Of a stretch of 64,000 nt of DNA, positions 1 to 10,526 are shown in pieces; positions within the stretch are counted from its first letter, which is position 1; every line of letters begins with the position of its first letter. A program made the translations under genes and the position numbers. The DNA is taken from NCBI GenBank assembly GCA_046349355.1, contig JAXMCM010000014.1:190461-254460 (forward strand), in the 5' to 3' direction. This stretch comes from Geminicoccaceae bacterium (lineage in GTDB: Bacteria; Pseudomonadota; Alphaproteobacteria; Geminicoccales; Geminicoccaceae). The notes beneath the pieces are model-generated. The model searched no databases, was not told the origin of the DNA, and saw only the letters and a program-made list of their open reading frames with translations.

Positions 1-888
1 CGCTTCATCAACCAGCTCAACATCTTCAACGTCCTGCGCAACTCGGCCTTCCTGATGATCGCGGCGGCCGGGCAGATGCTGGTGCTGATCGTCGGCGGCT
101 TCGACCTGTCGGTCGGTGCTGTCGCCGCCCTGACCTCGGTGACGGTCGCGATGGTGATGGCGGCGCTGCTGGTCGCCATGCCCGACCAGGTCATGCTGGT
201 GATCTGGCTGGGCGTCTTCGCTGGCCTCGGCTGCGGCCTCGTCGTCGGCCTCGTCAACGGCCTGTGCGTCGCCTACCTGCGCGTCTCGCCCTTCATGGTG
301 ACGCTGGGCACGCTGTCGGTGGCCTCCGGCGTGGCGCTCTACATGACCACCGGCATTCCGATCTACGGCATGCCCGAGGAGTTCACGAAGGGCTTCGGCC
401 GCGCCCTGTTCCTCGGCCTGCCCCTGCCCTTCTGGATCGCCATCGCCTTCCTCGTCGCCGTCTGGATCATCCAGCGGCAGACCAAGCTTGGCCGCTACCT
501 CTATGCCATCGGCGGCAACATGCAGGCGGCCCGGGTCTCCGGCGTGCCGGTCACCTTCTACCTCGTCACCGCCTACGTGCTCTGCGGGCTGCTCGCCTCG
601 GTGACGGGCATCCTGCTCACCGCCCGCGTCGGCTCCGGGCAAGCCACCGTCGGCACCACGCTGATGCTCGAATCGATCGCCGCGGCGGTGATCGGCGGGG
701 TCTCCCTGCGGGGCGGCGTCGGCCGGGTCGAGATGGTGGCGCTCTCGGCGCTGTTCCTGTCGATCATCACCAACGGCATGAACCTGCTCAAGATCGACAG
801 CAAGATGCAGCCGGTGGTGATGGGCATCGTGCTGATCGTGTCGGTGGCGCTGGAAACCTGGAACGAGCGGAGGCGGGTCCGTGGCTAG
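1..888 (+). CDS. ABC transporter permease, sugar (RbsC/AraH-like) family; 5-prime end lies outside the window
   Basis: Frame 1 is open from base 1 (RFINQLNIFNVLRNSAFLMIAAAGQ...) into ORF 55..888. Multi-TM protein with GGFDLSVGA and AIGGN..AARVSG motifs typical of ribose-type permeases. Stop TAG 886-888. Confidence 0.85.
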   Translation, partial: RFINQLNIFNVLRNSAFLMIAAAGQMLVLIVGGFDLSVGAVAALTSVTVAMVMAALLVAMPDQVMLVIWLGVFAGLGCGLVVGLVNGLCVAYLRVSPFMVTLGTLSVASGVALYMTTGIPIYGMPEEFTKGFGRALFLGLPLPFWIAIAFLVAVWIIQRQTKLGRYLYAIGGNMQAARVSGVPVTFYLVTAYVLCGLLASVTGILLTARVGSGQATVGTTLMLESIAAAVIGGVSLRGGVGRVEMVALSALFLSIITNGMNLLKIDSKMQPVVMGIVLIVSVALETWNERRRVRG

Positions 889-1882
889 CCAGACCGCACC
901 CGCGCGGGCCGAGGAAGCCGCCTCGTTCGGCCGCTGGCTGATGGGCCGCGGCCTGCTGCCGATCATCCTGGTGGTCACCTTCGTCGGCTTCGGGCTGGTC
1001 GAGCCCAATGTCTTCCGGCCCGAGAACCTGCTGAACATCCTGATCCAGGCGAGCTACCCGGCGGTGTTCGCGACGGCGCAGATGTTCACCCTGCTGACCC
1101 GCGGCTTCGACCTGTCGCTGGGCGTGACCGTCTCGATGGTGAGCGTGGTCGGCGGCCTCGTCATGGCGGCGCTCGCTCCGTCGATGCCGATCCCGCTGGC
1201 GCTGGCCATCGGCGCGCTGGCCGGACTGGTGTCCGGCGCGCTGGTCGGTGTGGTCAACGGCACCTGCGTGTCGGTGCTGCGCGTCAATCCGTTCGTGGTG
1301 ACGCTGGGGACCTGGAACATCGTCCTCGGCATCGCCACCACCGCCAGCGGCGGCAAGCAGATCTTCGACATCCCGGCCGAGCTGAACACCTGGTTCTACC
1401 GTGACGCGTGGCTCGGCGTGCCGCCGCCGATCGTGCTGGCGATCCTGCTGCTGATCGTGGCGCATCTGGTCATGGCCCACACCGTGCTCGGCCGCGGCCT
1501 CTACATCATCGGCGGCAACCCGCGCGCGGCGCATGTCGCCGGCATGCCGAGCCGGCTCTTCACCACGCTGGCCTACGTCCTCTGCTCGCTCTACGCCGCC
1601 GCCGGGGCGCTGATGCTGACGGCCCGTACCGGCTCCGGCGAGCCCAACATGGGCGGCAACCTGACGCTCGAGAGCATCGCCGCGGCAGTCGTCGGCGGCG
1701 TCTCGCTGCGCGGCGGCGAAGGCACCATCCTGTCGCCGATCCTGGGTGCCCTGTTCGTCACCGTGCTCAGCAACGGCATGAACCTGCTGCGCATCGACGG
1801 CTACATCCAGCAGATGATCCTGGGGGCGGTGATCATCGCCGCGATCTTCCTCGACCGGATCCGCCGCCAGCAGCGGAGCTGA
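881..1882 (+). CDS. ABC transporter permease, sugar (RbsC-like) family, second subunit
   Basis: 333-aa multi-TM ORF, paralogous to the upstream permease (RGFDLSLGV, IIGGNPRAAHVAG). GTG start 881 overlaps the upstream stop by 8 nt. GAGCGGAGG lies 7 nt upstream. Confidence 0.85.
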   Translation: MASQTAPARAEEAASFGRWLMGRGLLPIILVVTFVGFGLVEPNVFRPENLLNILIQASYPAVFATAQMFTLLTRGFDLSLGVTVSMVSVVGGLVMAALAPSMPIPLALAIGALAGLVSGALVGVVNGTCVSVLRVNPFVVTLGTWNIVLGIATTASGGKQIFDIPAELNTWFYRDAWLGVPPPIVLAILLLIVAHLVMAHTVLGRGLYIIGGNPRAAHVAGMPSRLFTTLAYVLCSLYAAAGALMLTARTGSGEPNMGGNLTLESIAAAVVGGVSLRGGEGTILSPILGALFVTVLSNGMNLLRIDGYIQQMILGAVIIAAIFLDRIRRQQRS

Positions 1883-1886
1883 AGCG

Positions 1887-2648
1887 ATGCGACTCGCCGG
1901 CAAGGTCGCCCTCGTCACCGGTGCCAGCCAGGGCATCGGCGAGGCCATCGCCGTGCGCTACGCCGCCGAAGGTGCCGCCGTGGCGGTCAACTATGCCCAC
2001 AACGACGCCAATGCCGCCCGCGTCGTCGACCGGATCGTGGCCGCCGGCGGGAAGGCGCAGGCGTTCAGGGCCGACTGCGCCAGGGTGCCGGAGACCGGGC
2101 GGCTGGTGGCCGAGGTCATCGCCGCCTTCGGGACGCTCGACATCCTCGTCAACAACGCCGGCGTGTTCCGCACCGTCCCGGTCGAGGAGACGACCGAGGC
2201 GATCTGGGACGAGCAGCTCGACCTCAACCTCAAGGGCGCCTTCTTCCTGGTGAAGGCGGCCCTGCCCGAGTTCCGCCGCAAGGGTGCGGGCAAGGTCATC
2301 AACATCACCTCGATCTGGGGCACCGGCGCCGGCCCCAACTGCCCGGCCTACTGCGCCTCCAAGGGCGGGCTCGTGAACCTGACCCGGGCGCTGGCCGTCG
2401 AGCTCGGCCGCTACGGCATCAACGTCAACTCGCTCGCGCCCGGCAACATCGCGACACCGCTGAACGCGCACCTGCGCGGCCCCGACATGGCGGCCTACAT
2501 CGACAAGGTCCGGGCGCTCACGCCGACCGGGCGCGACTTCCTCGATCCCGAGGAGCTGACCGGCACGGCCGTCTATCTCGCCTCGTCGGACTCGGACTCG
2601 GTGCACGGCGTCACCGTCCACGTCGACGCCGGCTGGTCGGCCTGGTAG
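1887..2648 (+). CDS. SDR family oxidoreductase (FabG-like short-chain dehydrogenase)
   Basis: 253 aa with VTGASQGIG cofactor motif, NNAG, and YCASK catalytic Tyr/Lys. GGAG precedes the ATG. Confidence 0.9.
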   Translation: MRLAGKVALVTGASQGIGEAIAVRYAAEGAAVAVNYAHNDANAARVVDRIVAAGGKAQAFRADCARVPETGRLVAEVIAAFGTLDILVNNAGVFRTVPVEETTEAIWDEQLDLNLKGAFFLVKAALPEFRRKGAGKVINITSIWGTGAGPNCPAYCASKGGLVNLTRALAVELGRYGINVNSLAPGNIATPLNAHLRGPDMAAYIDKVRALTPTGRDFLDPEELTGTAVYLASSDSDSVHGVTVHVDAGWSAW

Positions 2649-2652
2649 CGGT

Positions 2653-4683
2653 TCAGGCCGCGCGGATGCGCAGGTTGCCGGCCTCGTCGACGCGAAGGAC
2701 CTGACCGGGCAGCAGCACCGTGGTCGACGAGGCCTCCTCGACGATGGCGGGGCCGTCGATGACCGTTCCGGGCGGCAGGTCGTCGCGCCGCCAGACCGCC
2801 GCCTCGTGCCAGCCTTCCTCGGCGTAGCGGACGCGACGGCTGACCGGCTGCCGCGGTGTCCCGCCGGGCGACGGCGCGCCGATCCGGGGCAACGCCTCGG
2901 GTGCCGTCGCCGTCAGATGGAAGCTCACCAGCTCGACCGGTGTGGCCTCGAGGCGAAAGCCGTAGCTGCGCCGGTGCGCGACGTGGAACGACTCGACGAT
3001 CGCGGCCAGGTCGTCGCGCGCGGGATCGACCGGCACCGTGACCCAGTGCTCCTGACCGCGGTAGCGGAGGTCGATCCGGTAGGCGAAGCGGACGACGGCC
3101 GTGAGGGCCATCTCCGCCATATAGGCCCGGGCCTCGGCCTCGAGCTCGGCGAACAGGTCCCGCACCGTCGCCATCCCGGTCCGCTCGGCCGCCATCGGCT
3201 CGGTGCGGACGAGATCGCGCCGCGGCTCGGTCACCAGCATGCCGAACGCCGAGAAGTATCCCGGAAAACGCGGGACGACGATCTCGCGGACACCCAGCTC
3301 GCGGCCGAGCCGTGCTCCGTGCATGGCGCCGCCGCCCCCGCCGACGACGAGCGCGAAGTCGCGCGGGTCGTGGCCGCGCTGGATCGAGACCAGGCGGAGC
3401 GCGTTGCCCATGCTGGCCTCGGCGATGCGGATCACCGACACCGCCGCCTCGACCGGGTCGAGCCCCAGCGGCTCGCCGACGCGGCGCATGGCCGCCTCGG
3501 CCGCCGGCCGGTCCAGGGCGATGCGGCCGGAGGCGAAAAAGCCGGCATCGAGCACGCCGGTGAGCAGCATGGCGTCGGTGACGGTGGCCCCGGTCCCGCC
3601 ACGGCCGTAGCAGGCCGGCCCCGGTGCGGCACCGGCGCTCTGCGGCCCCACCTGCAGGCGTCCCGCGGCGTCGAGATGGGCGATGGACCCGCCACCGGCG
3701 CCGATCTCGACGATGTCGATCACCGGCACGCGGATCGGATAGCCGGGATTCTGCCGGGTGCGCTCGATGCTGTAGGCCGTGGTGACCGGCACCTCGCCAC
3801 CCTGCACCAGCGTGCACTTCGCGGTGGTGCCGCCGATGTCGAGGTAGATGAGGTCGTCCAGCCCGATGGCACGGCCGACATGGACGGCGGCGAACGCGCC
3901 GCCGGCCGGACCGGACTCGACCAGCGTGATCGGGTGCTTGCGGGCCAGCGCGAAGCTGGTCGTTCCGCCGTTCGACTGCATGGCAAGCCGCGGCGAGCGG
4001 ATGCCGGCGCCATCCAGTCCTTGCTCGAGGCGGCCGAGATAGCGGTCGACGATCGGCTGGACGCAGGCGTTGAGCACGGCCGTGTTGGCCCGCTCGTACT
4101 CGCGCCACTCCCGGGTCAGCGTGTGCGAGGCGGTGATCGCGACGCCGGGTAGTGCCGCTGCCAGGGTCTCGGCTACCTGCCGCTCGTGCTCGGGATTGCG
4201 CCAGCTGTGCAGGAGCTGGATGGCGACGGCCTCGACGCCGGCCGCGCGGCAGGCGGCGGCGACGGCCGCGACGCTGTCCGGATCGAGCGGCTCCAGCACG
4301 CTACCCGTCGCATCCAGCCGCTCGCGCACCTCGAAGCGCAGCCGGCGCGGCACGAACGGCTCGGGCTTGCGAAACAGGAAGTTGTAGAGGTCGGGCCGGT
4401 TGCCGCGGGCGATGGCGAGGACATCGCGAAAGCCCTCGGTGGTGACCAGCGCCGTCACTGCCCCCTTGCGCTCGGTCAGGGCGTTGATGACCGTCGTCCC
4501 GCCATGCACGAAGCGGTCGACCGCGGCCGGATCGACCTGTGCCAGCCGTACCGCCTCGAGCACGCCGCGGACGAGGTCGTCGGGCGTGGTCAGCGTCTTG
4601 TCGGTCACCAGCCGGCCGGTCGCCGGCTCGTAGTAGGCGAGGTCCGTGAAGGTCCCGCCGATGTCGATCGCCAGCCGCCCCAT
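2653..4683 (-). CDS. Hydantoinase/oxoprolinase A-type subunit (HyuA family), pair 1
   Basis: Starts MGRLAIDIGGTFTDLAYY (ATG 4683-4681) inside the artefactually long ORF 2653..5808; 676 aa. Has the LDIGGTTAK second ATPase motif. The ATGA overlap with the upstream HyuB stop fixes the start. Confidence 0.85.
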   Translation of the reverse strand: MGRLAIDIGGTFTDLAYYEPATGRLVTDKTLTTPDDLVRGVLEAVRLAQVDPAAVDRFVHGGTTVINALTERKGAVTALVTTEGFRDVLAIARGNRPDLYNFLFRKPEPFVPRRLRFEVRERLDATGSVLEPLDPDSVAAVAAACRAAGVEAVAIQLLHSWRNPEHERQVAETLAAALPGVAITASHTLTREWREYERANTAVLNACVQPIVDRYLGRLEQGLDGAGIRSPRLAMQSNGGTTSFALARKHPITLVESGPAGGAFAAVHVGRAIGLDDLIYLDIGGTTAKCTLVQGGEVPVTTAYSIERTRQNPGYPIRVPVIDIVEIGAGGGSIAHLDAAGRLQVGPQSAGAAPGPACYGRGGTGATVTDAMLLTGVLDAGFFASGRIALDRPAAEAAMRRVGEPLGLDPVEAAVSVIRIAEASMGNALRLVSIQRGHDPRDFALVVGGGGGAMHGARLGRELGVREIVVPRFPGYFSAFGMLVTEPRRDLVRTEPMAAERTGMATVRDLFAELEAEARAYMAEMALTAVVRFAYRIDLRYRGQEHWVTVPVDPARDDLAAIVESFHVAHRRSYGFRLEATPVELVSFHLTATAPEALPRIGAPSPGGTPRQPVSRRVRYAEEGWHEAAVWRRDDLPPGTVIDGPAIVEEASSTTVLLPGQVLRVDEAGNLRIRAA

Positions 4684-6341
4684 CAGCCGCGCCCGTACAC
4701 CCGGCGGGCGGTGGCGGCATCGATCAGGCCGTCCGCGAGATCGGCGTCGACGAGCTCGGGCGCCCGGCTGCGGGGGTCGCCCCAGCCGCCGCCGGCGCCG
4801 GTGACCACGACCATCCGCTCGCCACGCCGCAGCGGGGTCAGCCTGAGCCGGGCCGCCTCGCGGACACCGCTGCCCTGGACCAGCTCGACGCGGTTGACGC
4901 CACCCTCGCCGCCGCCGGCGAGCCCCCAGGGGCGGACCCGAGACCGCCCGACACTGGCGTAGACCACGCCGTCCTCGGCCAGCATCTCGTAGTCGCGGAT
5001 GACCCCGAGCCCGCCGCGGCGCTCGCCATGCCCCGCCGCCTCGGCCGTGTTCAGCGCATAGCGGCGGATCCGCAGCGGCAGCCGGGCCTCGAGCAGCTCG
5101 ACCGAGTGGTTGTAGGTGTCGCCGTCGGTGGTGGCGATCAGGCCGCTCTCGCCGTCGCCCGACGGATGGGCGCCCCAGCCGCCGACCTGCGGCTCGATGT
5201 GGACGAAGGTCTCGCCGGTGGCCGGGTCGGTCCCGCACAGATAGTGCGCGCACAGGGAGAGGTAGCTGCCGGCGCCGAGCCGATCGGGCGCCAGCGGCGC
5301 CAGCGCCTTCCAGACCAGCTCCGAGGCGTGCGCCGTGCCCTCGTAGTACCAGCCCGTCGGCGCCGGCTTGACGGCGCTGAACACCGTACCGTCCGGGATC
5401 ACCACCTCGACCGGCCGGAACCAGCCCTCGTTCGACGGGGCGGACGGGTCGACCAGCGCCTTGAACACGGTCTTGACCGCCGACAGCAAGGCACCCCGGG
5501 CGCAGTTCACGGGCCCCCGCCGCTGCGGGGCGCAGCCGCTGAAGTCGCAGGTCATCCGGTCGCCGGCGATGGTGACGACGACGCGGATCGGGATCGGCTC
5601 GTCGACCGAGCCGTCGCCATCGATCTGGTCCTCGGCCGTGTAGACCCCGTCCGGCAGGTCGCTGACGGCTGCCCGGCCCTGCGCCTCGGACGCCTCGAGG
5701 ATGCCGGCGAACGTCGCCAGCACCCGTTCGATGCCGTAGCGCCCGGCCATCTCCAGCAGCCGCGACTCGCCGAGCCGCACCGCGGCAAGCTCGGCCTCGA
5801 GGTCGCACAGGGAATGCCCGGGCAGGCGGACATTCTCGGTGATCAGGCGGACCAGGTCCTCCTGCCGCTCGCCGCGGCGGTAGAGGCGGACCAGCGGCAG
5901 GCGCAGGCCTTCCTGGAAGACCTCCGAGGCGTCGGGGGCAAGGCTGCCCGGCACGCTGCCACCGACCTCGCTCCAGTGCGCCACGGCAATCGCGAACGCG
6001 ACCAGGCGACCATGGACGAACACGGGCTTGATCAGCGCCATGTCGGCCGAATGGGTGCCGCCCTCGTAGGGATCGTTGGTGATGAAGACGTCGCCGTCGG
6101 CGATGCTGTCGCCATGACGGCCCAGCACGGCCCGCACCTGCGTCGCGAAGGTGCCGGTGAACAGGGTGATGCCGTTGTTCTGGGCGACCAGCTCGCCGGT
6201 CGCGTCGCAGATGCCGGTGGCGAAGTCGAGGACCTCGTAGATCACCGGGCTCATGCTGGCCCGCGCCAGCACCACCCCCATCTCGTCGACCGCGGCCAGC
6301 AGCTTGCCGCGGATGATCTCTCGGGTGACGGCCTCGCTCAC
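4683..6341 (-). CDS. Hydantoinase B/oxoprolinase-type subunit (HyuB family), pair 1
   Basis: In-frame GTG at 6341-6339 gives VSEAVTREIIRGKLLAAVDEMG..., about 552 aa. GTGA overlap with the cupin stop. HyuB-like blocks are present (FITNDPYEGGTHSADM, GGWGDP). The upstream part of ORF 4683..6578 is Arg-rich non-coding-looking read-through. Confidence 0.85.
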   Translation of the reverse strand: MSEAVTREIIRGKLLAAVDEMGVVLARASMSPVIYEVLDFATGICDATGELVAQNNGITLFTGTFATQVRAVLGRHGDSIADGDVFITNDPYEGGTHSADMALIKPVFVHGRLVAFAIAVAHWSEVGGSVPGSLAPDASEVFQEGLRLPLVRLYRRGERQEDLVRLITENVRLPGHSLCDLEAELAAVRLGESRLLEMAGRYGIERVLATFAGILEASEAQGRAAVSDLPDGVYTAEDQIDGDGSVDEPIPIRVVVTIAGDRMTCDFSGCAPQRRGPVNCARGALLSAVKTVFKALVDPSAPSNEGWFRPVEVVIPDGTVFSAVKPAPTGWYYEGTAHASELVWKALAPLAPDRLGAGSYLSLCAHYLCGTDPATGETFVHIEPQVGGWGAHPSGDGESGLIATTDGDTYNHSVELLEARLPLRIRRYALNTAEAAGHGERRGGLGVIRDYEMLAEDGVVYASVGRSRVRPWGLAGGGEGGVNRVELVQGSGVREAARLRLTPLRRGERMVVVTGAGGGWGDPRSRAPELVDADLADGLIDAATARRVYGRG

Positions 6342-6643
6342 GCTCCGCCCGGCGCCTTCACTTCGACCTCGATGAACGCGAACTCGTAGGCATTGTCGTT
6401 GATGACGTCGTGCTCGACGCCGGCCTGCCGGTAGTAGGGCTTGCCGACGGCGAGCTCGCCGTAGCTCACCGCCCCGCCGGGCCCGACGAGCTTGAGCCGG
6501 CCTGTGGTCAGCGGGGTGACGATGTAGTCGTACTCGTGCCGGTGCCAGCCGGTGGCGGCACCCGGCGCGAACCGCCACTCGGTCACCCGCACCCTGTCGT
6601 TGTCGATGAAGACGGTCGGCACCGCGGTACCCGCCTCGGCCAT
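6338..6643 (-). CDS. Cupin domain protein (small, single barrel)
   Basis: 101 aa with GWHRHEYDYIV ... GVEHDVIN, the two His-containing cupin motifs. Sits between the two hydantoinase pairs, 4 nt after the upstream stop. Confidence 0.75.
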   Translation of the reverse strand: MAEAGTAVPTVFIDNDRVRVTEWRFAPGAATGWHRHEYDYIVTPLTTGRLKLVGPGGAVSYGELAVGKPYYRQAGVEHDVINDNAYEFAFIEVEVKAPGGA

Positions 6644-6647
6644 CGTC

Positions 6648-8726
6648 CTACCCTTCCCTGGTCAGCACGTAGGTGCCGGTCTCGTGCAGCACCGACTTCC
6701 AGCCTGGCTCGAGCACGATCGTCGTTGTCGGCTCCTCGATCACCGCCGGCCCGCTGACCACCTCGCCGGCAGCAAGCTTCGTGCCGTCGTAGACGGCGGC
6801 GCTGGTGACGGTGCCGTCCTGGGCGAAGATCATCGGCCGCTCGCCCTTGCGCGCCGCGGCCGCCGAGCCGCCGCCCGAGACCCGGCTCTGCTTGGGCTTG
6901 CTGACGCGGCCGAACAGCGTGCTCTCGATGTTGACCACCTCGACGCCGCTCTGCGGCTCGCAATAGGTGAACAGCTGCTCGTGGCGGGCGTGGAAGGCCT
7001 GCTTGATCGCCTCGAGATTGGCGCTGGTGAAGTCGAGCTTGCCGATGTCGACGGTGCACTCGTGCACCTGGCCGACGTAGCGCATGTCGACCGAGCGCTG
7101 GTAGTCGATGTCCGGAGGCGCGAAGCCGTCCTCGGCCAGGGCCTCCCGTCCCGTCGCCTCGAGCCGGCCGAACAGCGCCTGGACGTGGCCGAGCTGCTCG
7201 TTGTCCTCGAGGCGGATCGGGTAGCTCGCCATGAAGTTGTACTTCACGTCGGAGATGATCTGGCCGTAGGCGCACAGGCCCGACGCCAGCTTGGGCACGA
7301 GCACCGTGCCGATGCCCATCTCGCGGGCGAGTGCCGTGATGTGCGCGGCCGAGGCGCCGCCGCCCACCACCAGCACGAAGTCGCGCGGGTCGTAGCCGCG
7401 CTCGACCGACACGCGGCGGATGCCGTTCACCATGTTGTTGTTGACGATGGTGAAGATGCCGTAGGCGGCGCGCTCGACGCTGATGCCCAGCGGCTCGGCG
7501 ACCTTGCTCCTGATGGCAGCCCGTGCCCTGGCGACGTCGAGCGGCATCTTGCCGGCGAGCAGGCCCTCGCCGCTGAGGTAGCCGAGGACAAGGTTGGCGT
7601 CGGTGACCGTGGGCTGCTCGCCGCCCTGGCCGTAGCAGGCCGGACCGGGCACGGCGCCGGCCGACTGCGGGCCGACCTGCAGCAGGCCCAGCTCGTTGAT
7701 CCAGCCGATCGAGCCGCCGCCGGCACCCAGCGTCTCCACCTGGATCATCGGCACCCCCAGCCGGTAACGCTGGAAGTCGATGTTCTTGCTGATGTTGGTG
7801 CGGCCGTCCTTGGTCAGCGTGATGTCGAACGAGGTGCCGCCCATGTCGACGGTGATGATGTTCTGCTGGCCGAACGGCTCGGCGACGAACAGGCCGGCCT
7901 GCGGTGCGGAGGCCGGGCCGGAATTGATGGCGTAGACCGCCTTGGCCGAGGCCACCGAGCCGATGGCGAGGCCGCCGTTGGACTGGAAATAGCGCACCGG
8001 ATAGGTGGCACCGCGGTTGCGGAACCAGCCGTCGACCGAGTCGCAGTAGCGCTTGAGGATCGGGCCGAGATAGGCGTTGAGGATGGTCGTCGAGGTCCGG
8101 GTGTACTCGCGGACCTGCGGGTAGATGTCGCTGCCGACCGACAGGAAGAGGTCGGGCGCCATCTCGCGGACGATGGCGGCGGCGCGCTGCTCGTGGGCGG
8201 TGTTCAGCACCGACCAGACGAACGACACGGCGATGGCCTCGCAGCCCTCGGCCTGGAAGAAGCGCACCGCCTCGCGGACATCGTCCTCGTTCAGCGGGGT
8301 GCGCACCTCGCCGGTCGAGATCACCCGCTCGCGGATCGGCCGGCGCAGGTAGCGCGGCACCAGCATGACCGCCGGCGGGTACTGGTGGTCGTAGCGGTAG
8401 CCGTCCTCCTTGTGGCCGAGGCGGATCTCGATGCTGTCCTCGTGCCCGGCGGTGCAGATCAGGCCGACCTTGACGCCCTTGTGCTGGAGCAGCGCGTTCA
8501 GCGCGACGGTCGTGCCGTTGATGCACAGGTCGCAGTTGGAGACGATGTGGTCGATGCTCTCGCCGAGGTCCTCGGCGATCAGCAGCAGGCCGGTCGAGAT
8601 CGCCCGCGTCGGATCGGCTGGGGTCGAGGGCGTCTTGTAGAGCCGGACGCGGCCGGTCTCGTCGGCGAGCACGAAGTCCGTGAAGGTCCCGCCGGCGTCC
8701 ACGCCGAGCCGGTACTTGGTCCGCAT
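6648..8726 (-). CDS. Hydantoinase/oxoprolinase A-type subunit (HyuA family), pair 2
   Basis: 692 aa: MRTKYRLGVDAGGTFTDFVL, VDMGGTSFD, LQVGPQSAGAVPGPACYG. AAGGAA lies upstream of the ATG. Confidence 0.9.
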   Translation of the reverse strand: MRTKYRLGVDAGGTFTDFVLADETGRVRLYKTPSTPADPTRAISTGLLLIAEDLGESIDHIVSNCDLCINGTTVALNALLQHKGVKVGLICTAGHEDSIEIRLGHKEDGYRYDHQYPPAVMLVPRYLRRPIRERVISTGEVRTPLNEDDVREAVRFFQAEGCEAIAVSFVWSVLNTAHEQRAAAIVREMAPDLFLSVGSDIYPQVREYTRTSTTILNAYLGPILKRYCDSVDGWFRNRGATYPVRYFQSNGGLAIGSVASAKAVYAINSGPASAPQAGLFVAEPFGQQNIITVDMGGTSFDITLTKDGRTNISKNIDFQRYRLGVPMIQVETLGAGGGSIGWINELGLLQVGPQSAGAVPGPACYGQGGEQPTVTDANLVLGYLSGEGLLAGKMPLDVARARAAIRSKVAEPLGISVERAAYGIFTIVNNNMVNGIRRVSVERGYDPRDFVLVVGGGASAAHITALAREMGIGTVLVPKLASGLCAYGQIISDVKYNFMASYPIRLEDNEQLGHVQALFGRLEATGREALAEDGFAPPDIDYQRSVDMRYVGQVHECTVDIGKLDFTSANLEAIKQAFHARHEQLFTYCEPQSGVEVVNIESTLFGRVSKPKQSRVSGGGSAAAARKGERPMIFAQDGTVTSAAVYDGTKLAAGEVVSGPAVIEEPTTTIVLEPGWKSVLHETGTYVLTREG

Positions 8727-8768
8727 CGAGGGCTGGTTCCTTGCGCCTGGGCGTTGCTGTCGGGCGGT

Positions 8769-10526
8769 CTATTCGGCGGCGACGGAGGTGGCACGCAGCC
8801 GCGAGGTCGCGGCCTGGTCGACCACGAATGTCACCGGGTCGACGACGACGCCGTACTCCTCGCGCGCCGCCTCGACCGAGACCAGGCCGTTGCGCAGGTC
8901 GGCCAGGACGCGCTCGACCGGCCGCTGCAGCGGATCGCCGTAGCCGCCGCCGCCCGGGTTATGGTTGGCGATGCGCTCGCCCGGATTGATGGTCTCGATG
9001 ATGTTCTTGCGGACCGTCTCGGTCCCGCCGTTGCGGTAGATCTCGATCCGCCCGCACTTGCGGTCGACGAACTTGCTCTGCGCCCCGGCCGCACCCACCG
9101 CCGGGATCCGTCGGCCCTCGCCGAAGGCGATGAAGGTCATCGGCTTGTCGAGCGGCTCGACCTCCCACTTGGTGCCCGAGCCGCCGCGGAACCGCCCCGC
9201 CCCGCCGCTGTCGGTCATCAGCGAGTAGCGGTGGATGATGATCGGGTAGGAGTACTCGAGCAGCTCGATGTCCCCGGACTCGAGCGCACCGAAGCAGCAC
9301 TCGGGCCCGCAGGCGTGCCAGCCGTCCTGCAGCGGGGTGGCGCCGGCGCCCGAGATGATCGAGGCCAGCACCATCGTCACATATTCCTCGTCGTGACGGG
9401 TGTCCCAGCCGGCGACGTTGCAGCCGTTGGCATGGCCCCAGGACGCGCTCACCCGGTCCGGGGCCGCCGCCTCGAAGGCGAGGCGCACGGCGTCCGCCAG
9501 CGTCTCCATCGGCGTGGTCGTGCAGTTGACGTGCGGCGCCGGCTCGACCGCGTTGCACAGCGACCCCTTGGGACCCATGTCGACGGTCACGCAGCGGTAG
9601 AGGCCCTCGTTGTAGGGCGGCGGCAGCTGGGCGAACATCATCACGCCCAGGTAGACGCCCGAGTGCGAGTTCCCCTCGTAGGAGTTGATGAAGTAGGGAA
9701 CCTGCGGCGGGCTGTCGATGCGGATGTGGCAGCTGTCGCCCTTGATCGTCACCGTCGCGGTGATGGTGATGTCGCCGAACCCGTGGCCTGCGTCCTCGAG
9801 CACCGCCTTGCCGGTGTAGGTCCCGTCCGGCACCGTCGCCATGATCGCCCGCATCTGCCGGTCGGCCATGGCCATCAGCTCGTCGATGCAGGCCTGGACT
9901 TCCTCGACGCCGTACTTGTCGAGCAGCGCCACGAGGTTGCGCTCGCCGACCTGGCAGGCGCCCAGCATGGCGTTGAAGTCGCCCTCCTGGTCGCGCCGCG
10001 CCCGCATGTTGGTGAGGATGAGGTTGAGCACGTCGTTGCGGCGCTTGCCCCGGTCCCAGATCTTCACCGGCGGGATGCGCAGCCCCTCGGCGTAGATCTC
10101 CTTGGCGTTGGGGTTGTAGCTCGCCGGGACCGGCCCGCCGCAGTCGGTGACGTGGCCCTTGCAGACCGTCCAGAACACCAGCTGGTCCTTGTAGAAGACC
10201 GGCTTGTACATGCAGATGTCGACGATGTGGCTGCCCATGTAGGCCGGGTCGTTGTGCAGGAAGACGTCGCCCGGATGGACATCGCCCTCGAAGTACCTGG
10301 CCACCGCCTTCATCGCCGGGATCAGCGAGCCCAGATGGATCGGGATGTCCTGGCCCTGCAGGATCATCTCGGGCCGGTGATTGAACAGCGCGTTGGAGTA
10401 GTCGTGGGCGAGGTTGAAGACCGAGGAGCGCGCCGTCTTCTCCAGCGTCACCGTCATCTCGCGCTGCGTCGTCTCGAGCACGCCACGCACGACGGAAAGC
10501 GTGATCGGGTCGATCGGACGGGACAT
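8769..10526 (-). CDS. Hydantoinase B/oxoprolinase-type subunit (HyuB family), pair 2
   Basis: 585 aa: MSRPIDPITLSVVRGVLETTQREM, HNDPYMGSH-type block (FLHNDPAYMGSHIVD), GGGGYGDP. GAGGAAA RBS. Confidence 0.9.
   Translation of the reverse strand: MSRPIDPITLSVVRGVLETTQREMTVTLEKTARSSVFNLAHDYSNALFNHRPEMILQGQDIPIHLGSLIPAMKAVARYFEGDVHPGDVFLHNDPAYMGSHIVDICMYKPVFYKDQLVFWTVCKGHVTDCGGPVPASYNPNAKEIYAEGLRIPPVKIWDRGKRRNDVLNLILTNMRARRDQEGDFNAMLGACQVGERNLVALLDKYGVEEVQACIDELMAMADRQMRAIMATVPDGTYTGKAVLEDAGHGFGDITITATVTIKGDSCHIRIDSPPQVPYFINSYEGNSHSGVYLGVMMFAQLPPPYNEGLYRCVTVDMGPKGSLCNAVEPAPHVNCTTTPMETLADAVRLAFEAAAPDRVSASWGHANGCNVAGWDTRHDEEYVTMVLASIISGAGATPLQDGWHACGPECCFGALESGDIELLEYSYPIIIHRYSLMTDSGGAGRFRGGSGTKWEVEPLDKPMTFIAFGEGRRIPAVGAAGAQSKFVDRKCGRIEIYRNGGTETVRKNIIETINPGERIANHNPGGGGYGDPLQRPVERVLADLRNGLVSVEAAREEYGVVVDPVTFVVDQAATSRLRATSVAAE

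Noticed and set aside
2653-5808. 1051-aa ORF read as a single large protein
   Set aside because: Only the C-terminal 676 aa (from MGRLAIDIGGTFTD at 4683) look like protein. The upstream 375 codons are Arg/Pro-rich and overlap the genuine HyuB gene in another frame.
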